IMG/VR virus record: IMGVR_UViG_3300042445_002023
Length of the DNA: 64,000 bases
Direction: 5' to 3' (one strand)
Origin: a virus
Lineage: Duplodnaviria; Heunggongvirae; Uroviricota; Caudoviricetes
The position numbers and the translations under genes were made by a program. Shown one piece after another: positions 1-10,689 of the stretch. The notes below the pieces were generated by a model. That model was given only the letters and a program-made list of their open reading frames with translations. It was not told the DNA's origin and ran no database searches. Every line of letters starts with the position of its first letter. Within the stretch, counting starts at the first letter, position 1.

Positions 1-1
1 A

Positions 2-247
2 AAAGAATTTCCAGAATATATTGGTCAATTTGGTGAATATTTTTTAGCAAGTTCTCGTTATGGTAATTGGACAAACAACCCATGTCTTTATAAAAAACAA
101 TTTTATTTAGATACAGTCAAACCATTTGCAGGTGAAGGAATTTCATTAGAAGGAAATATTAGTAAATGGTGGGCACAACAAAATTATAGTGTTGCACACG
201 GTGAAGGATTATTTAAACATAACGATTGGCAAAAATACGGAAAATAA
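2..247 (+). CDS. C-terminal part of a glycosyltransferase-like protein (5' truncated by window edge)
   Basis: Open frame from base 2: KEFPEYIGQFGEYFLASSRYGNWTNNPCLYKK...HNDWQKYGK*. The WTNNP and terminal H motifs resemble GT-A C-termini; sits next to sugar-modifying genes. Confidence 0.45.
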   Translation, partial: KEFPEYIGQFGEYFLASSRYGNWTNNPCLYKKQFYLDTVKPFAGEGISLEGNISKWWAQQNYSVAHGEGLFKHNDWQKYGK

Positions 248-260
248 AAATTATAATAAT

Positions 261-947
261 ATGGCAAACGGAATTTATAAAATAACAGAAGACTTTGAAA
301 AGGCATTAGGTGATTACACTGGTGCACCCTATGTAGTAACACTTGATAATATGAGTAATGCTTTATTTTTGGCATTATACTACGAACACCATGTCAAAAA
401 AACTATACCAAATGGAATAGTTTCTATACCTTGTAGAACATATCCATCGGTTCCGTGTGAAATTATTCATGCAGGATTGAAAGTTGATTTTGAACCCGTA
501 AAGGGTAAAACTATAAAAGGTGCATACAATTTAAAAGGTAGTAATGTATGGGATAGTGCATTAAGTTTTACGGCAGATATGTACAAAGAAGGAACTCATA
601 TGTGTGTTTCATTTACTGGTCCTTATAAACATTTTAAATTAAGTAAAGGTGGTGCTATTTTAACTGATAGTGAGGAAGCATATTTCTGGTTCAGAAGAGC
701 GAGATATAGTGGTAGAAGAGAATGTTCATACCACGAAGACCACTTTGATATGTTAGGATGGAATTTTTATATGATGCCTGAATTAGCTGCAAGAGGATTA
801 TTGTTGATGAATCAATTTTACACATCAAAAGGTGAAAAAAAATCGAATATAGATTTAGAATTATCGTATCCTGATTTATCTAAATTTGAGATTTATACGA
901 AATCAAACGATGATTCCGATAACTCACTATTAAATTGTCATATGTAA
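261..947 (+). CDS. DegT/DnrJ/EryC1/StrS-family PLP aminotransferase (short, ~228 aa)
   Basis: DNMSNALFLAL, IPCRTYPSV and SFTGPYKHFKLSKGGAILTD motifs. Start moved to ATG 261 (MANGIYK). Confidence 0.8.
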   Translation: MANGIYKITEDFEKALGDYTGAPYVVTLDNMSNALFLALYYEHHVKKTIPNGIVSIPCRTYPSVPCEIIHAGLKVDFEPVKGKTIKGAYNLKGSNVWDSALSFTADMYKEGTHMCVSFTGPYKHFKLSKGGAILTDSEEAYFWFRRARYSGRRECSYHEDHFDMLGWNFYMMPELAARGLLLMNQFYTSKGEKKSNIDLELSYPDLSKFEIYTKSNDDSDNSLLNCHM

Positions 948-1612
948 TGGTAGGAATAATGCAACCATATTTTTTCCCTTATATTGGATATTTTCAACTT
1001 ATACATTGTGTTGATACATATGTAAATTTAGACCACGTATCTTTTATGAAAAGAAGTTATATGATTAGAAATACATTAAAAAATAACACTACAATAAATG
1101 TAAATGTTTGGAAAGCAAGTCAAAATAAAAAATGTAACGAAATATATGTTAATTTTGAAAATAATTATATTCCTAAATTTTTAAAAACATTAGAAAATTT
1201 ATACTCAAAAGAATCACATTATGAAACAATTTTAAATGAAATAATTTTACCTGAATTTATTAATAGAGAAGTAACAATATCCGAATTCAATTTAAATTTA
1301 ATAAAAAGAATATGTAATTATTTGGATATACAAACTAAAATAATAAACACTTCGGTTGGATTAACAACTTTAAAAAAAGGAGAAGGATTAAAATCAATAA
1401 CAAAACAAATGGGTTCAAATGTATATGTAAATGCAATTGGTGGTCAATCGTTGTATAACAAAGGAGATTTTAAAAATGATAACATTGAATTGTATTTTAT
1501 ACAAATGGGTAATGTTGATTTTGATAACAAGTATGCATCCATATTAGATTTGTTATTTAGATATGAGAAATCACATATTCAAAAACAAATTAAAAATTAT
1601 AAATTAATATGA
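947..1612 (+). CDS. WbqC-like protein
   Basis: N-terminal IMQPYFFPYIGYFQLI and YVNAIGG motifs. ATG 947 overlaps the upstream stop. Confidence 0.85.
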   Translation: MVGIMQPYFFPYIGYFQLIHCVDTYVNLDHVSFMKRSYMIRNTLKNNTTINVNVWKASQNKKCNEIYVNFENNYIPKFLKTLENLYSKESHYETILNEIILPEFINREVTISEFNLNLIKRICNYLDIQTKIINTSVGLTTLKKGEGLKSITKQMGSNVYVNAIGGQSLYNKGDFKNDNIELYFIQMGNVDFDNKYASILDLLFRYEKSHIQKQIKNYKLI

Positions 1613-2220
1613 GTTATTTAAAATTGGCAGAACATTACGATAAATGTTTTAAAGAACATGGTGATACTCATTTAGGAGTGGATTGGCCAAAATTGGAAGA
1701 TACTTTTAAAAGGTATGATGTGATGCTTGGATTAATAAAAGAAGAAACATCAATATCACTATTAGATTTTGGATGCGGAACAGCATCGTTAAATCAGTAT
1801 ATTGAATTTTTGAAAATAAAAAATATAAAATATTCCGGATTAGACATAAATGATGGATTTTATAATACTTCGAAATTAAAATTTCCTAATAATGATTTTT
1901 ATTGTTTGGATATTTTAAAAAATGAAAGTATACCAAATTTTGATTATATCGTATGTAACGGCCCATTTACCGAAAAAAGAGATTTATCACAAGAAGAAAT
2001 GATGGATTTTTTTACAAGTGTAATTAAAAAATTATGGAATAAGTGTGATAAAGGAATTGCTTTCAATTTAATGTCAAAACATGTTGATTGGGAACGTGAT
2101 GATTTATTTCATGTTTCATTGGATGAGTTGGGTTGGTTTTTAAAAAATAATTTAAGTAGAAATTTTATAATAAGAAATGATTATGGATTATATGAATACA
2201 CAACGTATGTTTACAAATAA
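1609..2220 (+). CDS. Class I SAM-dependent methyltransferase
   Basis: LLDFGCGTA motif I, YSGLDI, FDYIVCNG. Confidence 0.85.
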   Translation: MSYLKLAEHYDKCFKEHGDTHLGVDWPKLEDTFKRYDVMLGLIKEETSISLLDFGCGTASLNQYIEFLKIKNIKYSGLDINDGFYNTSKLKFPNNDFYCLDILKNESIPNFDYIVCNGPFTEKRDLSQEEMMDFFTSVIKKLWNKCDKGIAFNLMSKHVDWERDDLFHVSLDELGWFLKNNLSRNFIIRNDYGLYEYTTYVYK

Positions 2221-2866
2221 AGTAGTAGTTTTTGGTATAAACGATACTGCGGAACTAACTCATTGGTATTTGACAAATGATAGTAACTATGAAATAGTTG
2301 CATTTACAGTAAATGCAGAATATATGTCAATTACCGAATTTAAAGGATTACCGGTAGTTCCTTTTGAAGAATTAGAAAAACTATATCCACCAACTGAATA
2401 TTTATTTTTTGCACCTATGACAGGTACAAAGATGAATAACAATAGAAAAAGAATTTATGAAGAAGGTAAGAAAAAAGGATATACTTATATTTCTTATATT
2501 TCTTCAAAGGCAACAATATGTGGAAATAAAATAGGTGAAAATTGTTTTATTTTGGAAGATAATACAATACAACCATTTACTGAAATTGGAAACAATATTG
2601 TTATGTGGAGTGGTAATCACATTGGACATCATGGTAAAATAGAAGACCATGCATTTTTCACATCACATGTAGTTTTATCGGGACATTGTCATGTTAAAGA
2701 AAGGGCTTGGTTTGGTGTAAATTCAACAATAAGAGATGGTTTGACAATTGGTGAAGGTAGTTTGATAGCAATGGGTGCGGTTATAACAAAATCAACTGAA
2801 CAAGATGGGTTGTATATGGGTGCACCTGCAAAAAAACAAGAAGCCCCGGCGAGTAAAGTTTATTAA
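2207..2866 (+). CDS. Sugar acetyltransferase, PglD/NeuD-like (left-handed beta-helix)
   Basis: N-terminal VVVFG Rossmann-like domain followed by hexapeptide repeats (IGENCFI, IGNNIVM, IGEGSLIAMGAVIT, YMGAPAK). Confidence 0.85.
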   Translation: MFTNKVVVFGINDTAELTHWYLTNDSNYEIVAFTVNAEYMSITEFKGLPVVPFEELEKLYPPTEYLFFAPMTGTKMNNNRKRIYEEGKKKGYTYISYISSKATICGNKIGENCFILEDNTIQPFTEIGNNIVMWSGNHIGHHGKIEDHAFFTSHVVLSGHCHVKERAWFGVNSTIRDGLTIGEGSLIAMGAVITKSTEQDGLYMGAPAKKQEAPASKVY

Positions 2867-2867
2867 T

Positions 2868-3767
2868 ATGTGGGAAAGGGGAGGAAATATTTTTAATAAA
2901 CATCATTCACAGGTACCGGTAATTGATATAAATAATAACGGATACTGGAGAATATATTATTCAAAAAGAATTGATAATAAAAGTCATCCATTTTATATAG
3001 ATGTTGAAGTTGGAAATCCATCGAATATTTTATTTGAATCGGAAAGACCTATTTTAGAATTGGGTAATTTGGGCAAATTCGATGTTGCTGGTATAATGCC
3101 AACTGAAATAATTACAATCGGTAATGTGAAGTATTTGTATTATATAGGTTGGACAAACAGATTGGATGTACCATATCACAATACATTGGGACTTGCAGTA
3201 AGTACGAATGGTGGAATTACTTGGAATAAATTTTCTGATGGTCCAATATTCGGAACATCATATAAAGAACCAGGATATACAGGCACCATATCTATTATAA
3301 AAAAAGATAAATTGTTTTATGGATATTATTTGGCTTGTAGAGAATGGAAAGTATTTGATGGCAAACCTGAACCCATATACGATATAAAATATGCAACATC
3401 AAAAAATGCAATAGATTGGTTTCCGATAGGAACTTCTATAAAATTGGAAGATGGTGAAGGTGGAATATCAAAGGCATCTGTTATAAAACATAATGATAAA
3501 TATTTAATGTGGTATTCGGTTAGAATGGAAACCGATTATAGGACAAACCCAACAAATAGTTACAGAATAAAATGTGCAGAAAGTTTTGATTTGGTAAATT
3601 GGAAAAAAATTAGTATATTAGGACTTGATGTGGATAACGATAGTAACTGGGATAATCAGATGGTAGAATATCCACATATTATAAATTATAAAAACAAACT
3701 CTATATGTTTTATAACGGAAATGGGTTTGGTAAAACTGGTATAGGATATGCAACAATTGAAAGATAA
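2868..3767 (+). CDS. Five-bladed beta-propeller glycoside hydrolase/phosphorylase-like protein (GH32/43/130-like fold)
   Basis: Repeated YLYYIG/YLMWYS/LYMFYNG blades, LAVSTNGGITW, WDNQMVEYP, IGYA at the C-terminus. Confidence 0.7.
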   Translation: MWERGGNIFNKHHSQVPVIDINNNGYWRIYYSKRIDNKSHPFYIDVEVGNPSNILFESERPILELGNLGKFDVAGIMPTEIITIGNVKYLYYIGWTNRLDVPYHNTLGLAVSTNGGITWNKFSDGPIFGTSYKEPGYTGTISIIKKDKLFYGYYLACREWKVFDGKPEPIYDIKYATSKNAIDWFPIGTSIKLEDGEGGISKASVIKHNDKYLMWYSVRMETDYRTNPTNSYRIKCAESFDLVNWKKISILGLDVDNDSNWDNQMVEYPHIINYKNKLYMFYNGNGFGKTGIGYATIER

Positions 3768-4497
3768 TGGTATAATTGTTTTAAAACAATTTTTTACAAA
3801 AGAAAGAATTGAAAAATTAAGAGAATCTGCAAAAGATGTTTTTAAAATTCAATTCAAACATTTTGGTTATACCGATTTTGATAGTGAAGATGGATTTAAA
3901 AATTCAATGATTAGATTATTTGAAGAACATTTTGAAATATTTCAAAGTACTGGTAAATTAATCCAATCTGGTTTAGTCGAATTATACAAAATAGTATATG
4001 ATGATATTCTGTTAGATAAGTTAAAAGAGTTGGGAATATCAAATCCATTGGTTTGTACAAGACCCGCTTTATTTTTTAATCATCCTAAATTAGCGAAAGA
4101 ATCACAATATTATAAAACACCAACACATCAAGATTACCCATCAATGTTATCATCATCGGACTCGGTTGTTGTTTGGATTCCATTAATTGATGTTACTCCT
4201 GAAAATGGAGCAGTTGTATTTTATCCAGAAAGTCATAAATTAGGCCCTCTTACTACATCATTGGGAACATCTGGATTTGCAGAAGTTAATATTGATACCG
4301 AAATATATAAACCAATTCAACCATCTTTACAAATTGGTGACATTGCAATATTTTCAACATTACTGGCCCACAATTCAGGTGATATACTAAATGATGATAT
4401 TCGTTGGTCTTGTCATTTTAGATATACAAATTTAAACGATAAAGACTTTATTGAAAGAGGATTTCCTTCACCATACATATATAAATCAATTGCATGA
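3748..4497 (+). CDS. Phytanoyl-CoA dioxygenase (PhyH)-family 2OG-Fe(II) oxygenase
   Basis: TPTHQD, VWIPLIDVTPENGA, GDIAIFSTLLAHNSG...R motifs. Confidence 0.85.
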   Translation: MQQLKDNGIIVLKQFFTKERIEKLRESAKDVFKIQFKHFGYTDFDSEDGFKNSMIRLFEEHFEIFQSTGKLIQSGLVELYKIVYDDILLDKLKELGISNPLVCTRPALFFNHPKLAKESQYYKTPTHQDYPSMLSSSDSVVVWIPLIDVTPENGAVVFYPESHKLGPLTTSLGTSGFAEVNIDTEIYKPIQPSLQIGDIAIFSTLLAHNSGDILNDDIRWSCHFRYTNLNDKDFIERGFPSPYIYKSIA

Positions 4498-5126
4498 TAA
4501 GTTTTAATTTTCAAGATTCAAATTATTTACATTCATTTGAGAATTGTATATCTAATGTTAGAAAGTTTTATCCAAATGAACTAATAGATTTTTATATAGA
4601 TTCAAATTCACCCAAAATAGATGAATATAAAAAAATATGTGATTCATTCAATGTAGAAATGACAATTAGACAAAGAAATCAGGGATATATAAAGAGAACC
4701 GATTCGATGGAAACGAACATCCCAAAAATGTTAGAATCACATTATAGAATATATAATACTTGTAAAAAATCAAATTCGGAATGGGTGATGTTATTGGAAG
4801 ATGATGTTCTAATAAAAAGAAAAATCAAACACTGGCCTTCAAAAGATGTTGGAACTAATAGAGAATATTTTAGAGCAGGTGGTGGAGCAATATTTAAAAG
4901 AGAAACTTTTTTAAAAATTTATGAAAACTTAGGAGAACATGGATTGGAAACAATAATAAGACAAAAACATATTTACTCTTGGGCAGGAGATGCTTTGAAA
5001 GAAAGAATATTCAAAGATGCAGATGTATCAAACGAAAAGTGGATTGAATTGGCTGAACCTGGATACTACGATAATACAGACCATGCAATTTATCACGGAT
5101 ATAAAGATTTACACAAATTAGGATAA
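4494..5126 (+). CDS. Glycosyltransferase (GT-A fold)
   Basis: WVMLLEDDVL DxD-type motif, GGGAIF, terminal HGYK. Confidence 0.65.
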   Translation: MISFNFQDSNYLHSFENCISNVRKFYPNELIDFYIDSNSPKIDEYKKICDSFNVEMTIRQRNQGYIKRTDSMETNIPKMLESHYRIYNTCKKSNSEWVMLLEDDVLIKRKIKHWPSKDVGTNREYFRAGGGAIFKRETFLKIYENLGEHGLETIIRQKHIYSWAGDALKERIFKDADVSNEKWIELAEPGYYDNTDHAIYHGYKDLHKLG

Positions 5127-5127
5127 T

Positions 5128-5991
5128 ATGAAAAAAATGAAAGATGTAGTAATAGGATGTATCACAAATTATACATTTGAAAATATTAAACTATTTGTAA
5201 ACTCAATTGATAGAAGTGGATTCACTGGTCATAAAGTTATGATAGTTTATAATGTTCCATTTTCAACGGTCGATGAATTGAAAAAAAGAGGATGGGATGT
5301 TATTGGATTCAATAGAGATGAAGTAAATCAACGATACACTTATAGAGATAATTTTATAGTAACAGTTGATAGACATTTACATTATTATCTTGCTCTAAAT
5401 CAATTGGCAGAAGAAACATCTGAAGGTTTAAGATATGTATTAGCATTAGACCCAAAAGATGTTGTGTTCCAATATAACCCATCAGAGTGGTTAGAAAAAA
5501 ACTTAGGTGATTATAAAATTAATGCAGGTAGAGAAAGTGTTAAGTATAAGGATGAGGTATGGGGTAGAGGTAATATGATTGAAAGTTTTGGTGAAGTGGT
5601 TTATGATAGATGTAAAGAAAATATAACAGTAAACGCAGGAACAATATCAGGTGATTGGAAAACAATGTCTGAATTATTTTTAAATGTGTATTTAATGTGT
5701 CAAGGAAGTCCATCGGCAACACCTGACCAAGCAGCAGTAAATGTAGCATTATCATTTTCACCATATAAAGAATTGACTAAGTTTACAAATTCCGAAGAGG
5801 GTTGGGCTGCACAATGTGGAACGACGGTTGACCAACGAATGGTTAGTCAGTATGGTGATAACCTATTAGAACCATCACCTATTATGGATGGTGATATTGT
5901 AAAAACAAGTACAGGTATTCCATTTGCAATGGTACATCAATACGATAGAATTCCAGAATGGAATCGAATCATAACAAAAAAATACGAATAA
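5128..5991 (+). CDS. Glycosyltransferase-like protein (GT-A)
   Basis: YVLALDPKDVVFQYNP, VNAGTI, DQAAVN, VHQYDR motifs. Confidence 0.7.
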   Translation: MKKMKDVVIGCITNYTFENIKLFVNSIDRSGFTGHKVMIVYNVPFSTVDELKKRGWDVIGFNRDEVNQRYTYRDNFIVTVDRHLHYYLALNQLAEETSEGLRYVLALDPKDVVFQYNPSEWLEKNLGDYKINAGRESVKYKDEVWGRGNMIESFGEVVYDRCKENITVNAGTISGDWKTMSELFLNVYLMCQGSPSATPDQAAVNVALSFSPYKELTKFTNSEEGWAAQCGTTVDQRMVSQYGDNLLEPSPIMDGDIVKTSTGIPFAMVHQYDRIPEWNRIITKKYE

Positions 5992-6482
5992 TGATTATAG
6001 GTAGGGGGGATATAGCATCTGTCTTAAATGATAGAGAAGGGGCAACATTCTTTGTATCTGGTGTTTCTAATAGTAATGAAACAAGAGAATCTGAATTTAT
6101 GCGTGAAATAGAATTGTTAGATACACAAGATAAAACAAAGTGTTTATTCTATTTTAGTTCCATTTCAGTTGATGATATTGAAAAGGTAGGGAGTAACAAA
6201 TACTTACAACACAAACTAAGAATGGAAACCCTTATCAAATCTAATTTTAAAAATTATAATATTATTAGAATTGGCAATATCACATGGGGAAGTAACCCCA
6301 ATACCTTTATCAATTATATTAAAAATAAAAAGAGTAAAGGTGAATCTGTTCAGATAAAAGATGAATACAAATATATAATAGATAAAGACCAATTGGTTAT
6401 GTTAACTGATAACTTACCATTGGTTGGACAAAATACATTATGTGTATTTGGTCGAATGGCAAAAGTTGCAGAATTAGTATGA
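5991..6482 (+). CDS. Short NAD-dependent epimerase/dehydratase-like protein
   Basis: IIGRGDIA, SGVSNS, YFSS, Y-x3-K (YLQHK), IRIGNI. Lacks the usual C-terminal domain. Confidence 0.65.
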   Translation: MIIGRGDIASVLNDREGATFFVSGVSNSNETRESEFMREIELLDTQDKTKCLFYFSSISVDDIEKVGSNKYLQHKLRMETLIKSNFKNYNIIRIGNITWGSNPNTFINYIKNKKSKGESVQIKDEYKYIIDKDQLVMLTDNLPLVGQNTLCVFGRMAKVAELV

Positions 6483-7372
6483 TAGAAATTGTAATTTGGA
6501 TATCACCAACGGACATTGAAGATTTAGAAAAATCATTAAATCGATTACATATTGGAAAAGATTATCTAACAAAAGAACAATGTGATAATATTAAATTTAA
6601 TGTTGTTATGTGTGTATCTGATGAGATAATTGATTGGGGTAAAAGTGGTGTTACCAAAGAAGAATGCACAGAAAAGTTTTTAGGATTGAAACCATTAACG
6701 GATTGGGCAGGAAAGGTAATATTTGAAACTACAACTACTATAAACGGATGTACCTCAATGCGAAGATTAGCATCGTATTCTGATTCAAACTATTATTTGT
6801 GGTTAGATACTGATATAATCTTTGACCCACAAACCCTAGCACATTCAATCAATTCAATAGATGTAATTGAATATGCAGGATTTACTAAATTTGTATCTAT
6901 CCCAGAAATCGTAAGACAATGGGATTCTACATGGGATTGTTTAGTAAATGAAAGATTTATAAATAAACCAATAGGATATCAGGCAACTAATAATCCACAT
7001 ATTGATGCCACTATTTATGGAGACCCACACTTAGAGGAGGTACATAATAATGTTCATCACCAACCATATATGAAATTTGGTGGTGGGTGGTTCGCATTGA
7101 TATCAAAAGAATTAATGAAGGTTATACCATTTCCAGAAAACTACGGACACTATGGGTTGGATGATACTTACTTAATGTGGGGTGCAAATATATTACAAGA
7201 CCCTACCATAAAACAATTCAAATTAAAAAATACAGTTGTGTGTGAAAATTATTACGATAGAATTACCACTTATAAAGACCAAATACAATTTATAGATAAA
7301 CGTGAGGAGTATAAAAAGTATAACGAAGAATTATTTTATATCGGTTTACAAAATATATTAAATAACAAATGA
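6479..7372 (+). CDS. Glycosyltransferase family 2-like
   Basis: LWLDTDIIF DxD motif, GGGWFALIS, YGHYGLDD. Paralog of the next gene. Confidence 0.75.
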   Translation: MIEIVIWISPTDIEDLEKSLNRLHIGKDYLTKEQCDNIKFNVVMCVSDEIIDWGKSGVTKEECTEKFLGLKPLTDWAGKVIFETTTTINGCTSMRRLASYSDSNYYLWLDTDIIFDPQTLAHSINSIDVIEYAGFTKFVSIPEIVRQWDSTWDCLVNERFINKPIGYQATNNPHIDATIYGDPHLEEVHNNVHHQPYMKFGGGWFALISKELMKVIPFPENYGHYGLDDTYLMWGANILQDPTIKQFKLKNTVVCENYYDRITTYKDQIQFIDKREEYKKYNEELFYIGLQNILNNK

Positions 7373-8262
7373 GGATAGTAATATCAATATTTACTTTACC
7401 ACATGAAATTGATGATTTAGAAACTCTATTAACTCAATTAAGACGTGCATCAAAACACCTAAGTGGAACACATGAATGGGTGTTAGATGTGAGTATGTGT
7501 ATAGCAAATGATATGGTAGATTGGAAACGTTCTGCGTTACCAAAAAGTTATTTTATTGATAAACTACTAAAACTATCAGCACATAGTGATTGGTGTGCAA
7601 AATACTTCACCGCATCTGAAGATATAAAAGGATGTGTATCTCATAGAAAACATACATTAGAAACTCAAGAAACTGCAGATTATTATATTTGGTTAGATAC
7701 TGATATCGTATTTGATGAAAAGACTTTATCTTATATGGAAGAAACCCTAATAGCAATTAATGATATATATCCATATACTATTATAACACCAGAGATTGTT
7801 AGAGTTGGTGATTCCACTTGGGATTGTTTAGTTAATGAAAAGTATTTAACTAAACCATTAAATTATCATCTTACAAATAATCCATATATAGATTGCGGAG
7901 TTAAAGGGGAGGTTACATTAGAATTGGTTAATAATGTAATAGAAAATCAACCAAGATATAAATTTAATGGAGGTTGGTTTACTTGTTTATCCGGTCAATT
8001 ATTACGAAGAATTGGTATACCTGAAACATTTAGTCATTATGGATTTGAAGATACATTTATAATGTGGGCTGCAGAAAAACTGATGACAACTACTGATATG
8101 GAAATCTATCAATTTAAAATAAAAAATTTAGTAATTTGTGAAAATTATAAATACCGAAACAATTCTCATTTATTAAATCATCTTAGTGCTTTTGATAAAC
8201 GAGATGAATTTAAAAAGATATCAGAAGAAAATTTTAATCAAGAATTACAAGACCTCATTTAA
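7369..8262 (+). CDS. Glycosyltransferase family 2-like (tandem paralog)
   Basis: IWLDTDIVF, NGGWFTCLS, FSHYGFED. Shares PEIVRxxDSTWDCLVNE with the upstream gene. Confidence 0.75.
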   Translation: MRIVISIFTLPHEIDDLETLLTQLRRASKHLSGTHEWVLDVSMCIANDMVDWKRSALPKSYFIDKLLKLSAHSDWCAKYFTASEDIKGCVSHRKHTLETQETADYYIWLDTDIVFDEKTLSYMEETLIAINDIYPYTIITPEIVRVGDSTWDCLVNEKYLTKPLNYHLTNNPYIDCGVKGEVTLELVNNVIENQPRYKFNGGWFTCLSGQLLRRIGIPETFSHYGFEDTFIMWAAEKLMTTTDMEIYQFKIKNLVICENYKYRNNSHLLNHLSAFDKRDEFKKISEENFNQELQDLI

Positions 8263-8364
8263 CAATGAGGTTTTTTGTTTTTGAATAATACTTATTAGCA
8301 ACAACATGTTTCATAAATAGGTTATTTTTTTTAGTTTTAGTTTTCAATTAAAAAAAGGTATTAT

Positions 8365-9030
8365 ATGAAACAGGTAATTAAAAGTTTACACATTAATGTA
8401 GATTCGTTAAAAGAAAAAGCATTCACAGCTTTTCTTTCGTTAGTAGGGTTATGGATTATATTCGCCATATCTTTCCAAATGTTCTTTGTTTATTTAGAGT
8501 TATCTGGTAAACATGAACTACAAAGAAACATTGTAAATTGGATTGAATGGAGAATCGATGGTACATTTAAAAATAATCCAGAAAATATATGGTATGATGC
8601 CGAAGACCATATCTTTGTTGAATCCGTAGAAAATCAGGTTAAAATTGGTAAGTTAGCAGGAAATCGTAATCTTGCTTTTGGTGTAAAAAATATCTTAGAA
8701 GAGTTTTTACAAGAAAAGGGATATGGATTATCCGAAGATGCCAAATATAGATTAAAAGTTGAAATCGTTTATTTAGATGTCCTATCAACTAAAACAAACA
8801 TTTCAGTATTTCATAAAAATGAAGATGAAGTTGTCGTTCGCTTAAAAGCAAATCTTTTCAAAGAAGGCAAAAAAGGAAAAGATATTGTAGTAGAAGCGGG
8901 TTCATCTGAAGTCTCAATGTCTACACTAATAGTTGATGAGGGTGGTAAATTCAATCAACAGAGTTTAAGTAATGCTATTAAAAAAGCATGTGAATCATTA
9001 GTAAAACAAATTGAGAAACAACAACAATGA
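8365..9030 (+). CDS. Membrane-anchored protein with CsgG/LptE-like alpha/beta domain
   Basis: N-terminal TM helix. NLAFGVKNILEEFL resembles KVGLGVANITMEYL in the CsgG-like ORF at 18522. C-terminal beta-hairpin and helix. Confidence 0.45.
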   Translation: MKQVIKSLHINVDSLKEKAFTAFLSLVGLWIIFAISFQMFFVYLELSGKHELQRNIVNWIEWRIDGTFKNNPENIWYDAEDHIFVESVENQVKIGKLAGNRNLAFGVKNILEEFLQEKGYGLSEDAKYRLKVEIVYLDVLSTKTNISVFHKNEDEVVVRLKANLFKEGKKGKDIVVEAGSSEVSMSTLIVDEGGKFNQQSLSNAIKKACESLVKQIEKQQQ

Positions 9031-10688
9031 AAAAACTATTAACATTTTTAGGGATATTAATACTATCCACTATCGCATTTACGTCTAATGCACAATTAAA
9101 AATCGGTCAATCAATGACACCAGAAACGGGGTTAAAAGTTGGCGATACTCTGACAGTTAAGTACACTTTAACAAAAGGACAGACCATTGTTAATCCTCGT
9201 TATCTTTGGTTTAGATACCAATTTAACAATAAAGCATTAACATATGTTTCAACTGCATTTAATCAAGGTACATCTGCACAAACATTTTATACCGGTTGGA
9301 CTAACTATAAGTTTACTCCAAATGCAGGAGCAAATGATAATGATATAAATCTTCAGTATGGATTAACCCCGTGGGGATATGCAGTAAATGCAGATTGGAA
9401 TGTAGGACAATTAACAGTTCAAAGAGCAGACCAATCTATTAGTGGATTAATAGCTACTCAAAAATATATTTTAAAAGACCAAAATACTTATTCAAACATA
9501 TTCAAAATAGATTTGGCAACTGGTACTGATACTGCCGGTGGAAACGTTGGAACTATTACTGGTGGTGGATTCTCATCTATAACAGGTGTAACAGGTAATA
9601 CATCTCAATTTAAAGTAAAAGTTTTATATCCACAAGGATATACTATTACTGACCATAGTGTTCAATTGATGAAATTAAAAACAGATGGTAGTGGAGATAT
9701 TGATTGGTCACAACAACCTATTGCACAATTACCATTAGATGCAAGTGGTGAAGCTCTTTTCACAACACAAGTTAAAGTGGGCGATTCAGTAGGTGTATTT
9801 GTTGGAGGTGCCTTTCAAAAGACGTGGATGAATAATATCGTAACTGTATCAGATGCCTACAAAGCATTTTTAGGACATTCACAAACTGATATTAGTGGAA
9901 CTACAAATTATTTTACATTACCTGCATTAGAAAAGAAAGTTGGTAAAGTAACTAATACTCAAACTGCGTTTGGTGAAGCAGATTCTTACGCTTTATTTGC
10001 ACATGTGATGGGACAGAATATGTCAACAACTGCGATGATTCCAACTTCAACTTCAACTTCAATAAAATGGTATAGTGGATTATTAAATCAAAGTTGGTTA
10101 GATGGTGTTGTTAAGAATAAAGTAACCATTGATACTCCTATAAAAGAAGTGTATGCAGTATTCGCATGGGGTGGTGATTTAAACTGGTCACATTCATCAG
10201 ACCCAGCAGTAATTGCATCTAAAATAACTGCAGGACAATTTACTAATTCAGTAAATAATAAAAGTACAAACTCAATTAAATCTATGAGTACTGCACCAAT
10301 GGCTTATCAAACTTTAGCGGTAGAAACAGCAAAATTAGGTATTACATCTACATTAGAAGGTGGAAAAGTGGTATTAACTACAACTTTAACAAAAGCAGAA
10401 TTAGCAGGTTTACAAGTAGTAATGAATTATGATGAATCTAAATTAACTTTGGATAACGTAATATTCGATGCAGGAAGTACAATTACTAACTTCTCAACAC
10501 ATGATAATGGTAGATTAACATTTGGTTCTATTGACCAATTAAAAACTGCAAGAATTAAAGTGGGTACTCCATATAAATTAATATTCACACCAAAAGAAAC
10601 TTTAAGTAATACTGCAGGATTATTCTACTTTGTATTATCGGATGCAGTAGATGCTAAAGGTAATAAAATCAACTTAATAGTTGAATAA
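9027..10688 (+). CDS. Secreted protein with N- and C-terminal cohesin-like domains and a degenerate dockerin-like segment
   Basis: Sec signal ending SNA-Q; KVGDTLTV...YQFNNKALTYVS; IVTVSDAYKAF...EADSYALFAHVMG; GGDLNWSHS; LAGLQVVMNYDESKL. Confidence 0.6.
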   Translation: MKKLLTFLGILILSTIAFTSNAQLKIGQSMTPETGLKVGDTLTVKYTLTKGQTIVNPRYLWFRYQFNNKALTYVSTAFNQGTSAQTFYTGWTNYKFTPNAGANDNDINLQYGLTPWGYAVNADWNVGQLTVQRADQSISGLIATQKYILKDQNTYSNIFKIDLATGTDTAGGNVGTITGGGFSSITGVTGNTSQFKVKVLYPQGYTITDHSVQLMKLKTDGSGDIDWSQQPIAQLPLDASGEALFTTQVKVGDSVGVFVGGAFQKTWMNNIVTVSDAYKAFLGHSQTDISGTTNYFTLPALEKKVGKVTNTQTAFGEADSYALFAHVMGQNMSTTAMIPTSTSTSIKWYSGLLNQSWLDGVVKNKVTIDTPIKEVYAVFAWGGDLNWSHSSDPAVIASKITAGQFTNSVNNKSTNSIKSMSTAPMAYQTLAVETAKLGITSTLEGGKVVLTTTLTKAELAGLQVVMNYDESKLTLDNVIFDAGSTITNFSTHDNGRLTFGSIDQLKTARIKVGTPYKLIFTPKETLSNTAGLFYFVLSDAVDAKGNKINLIVE

Positions 10689-10689
10689 T

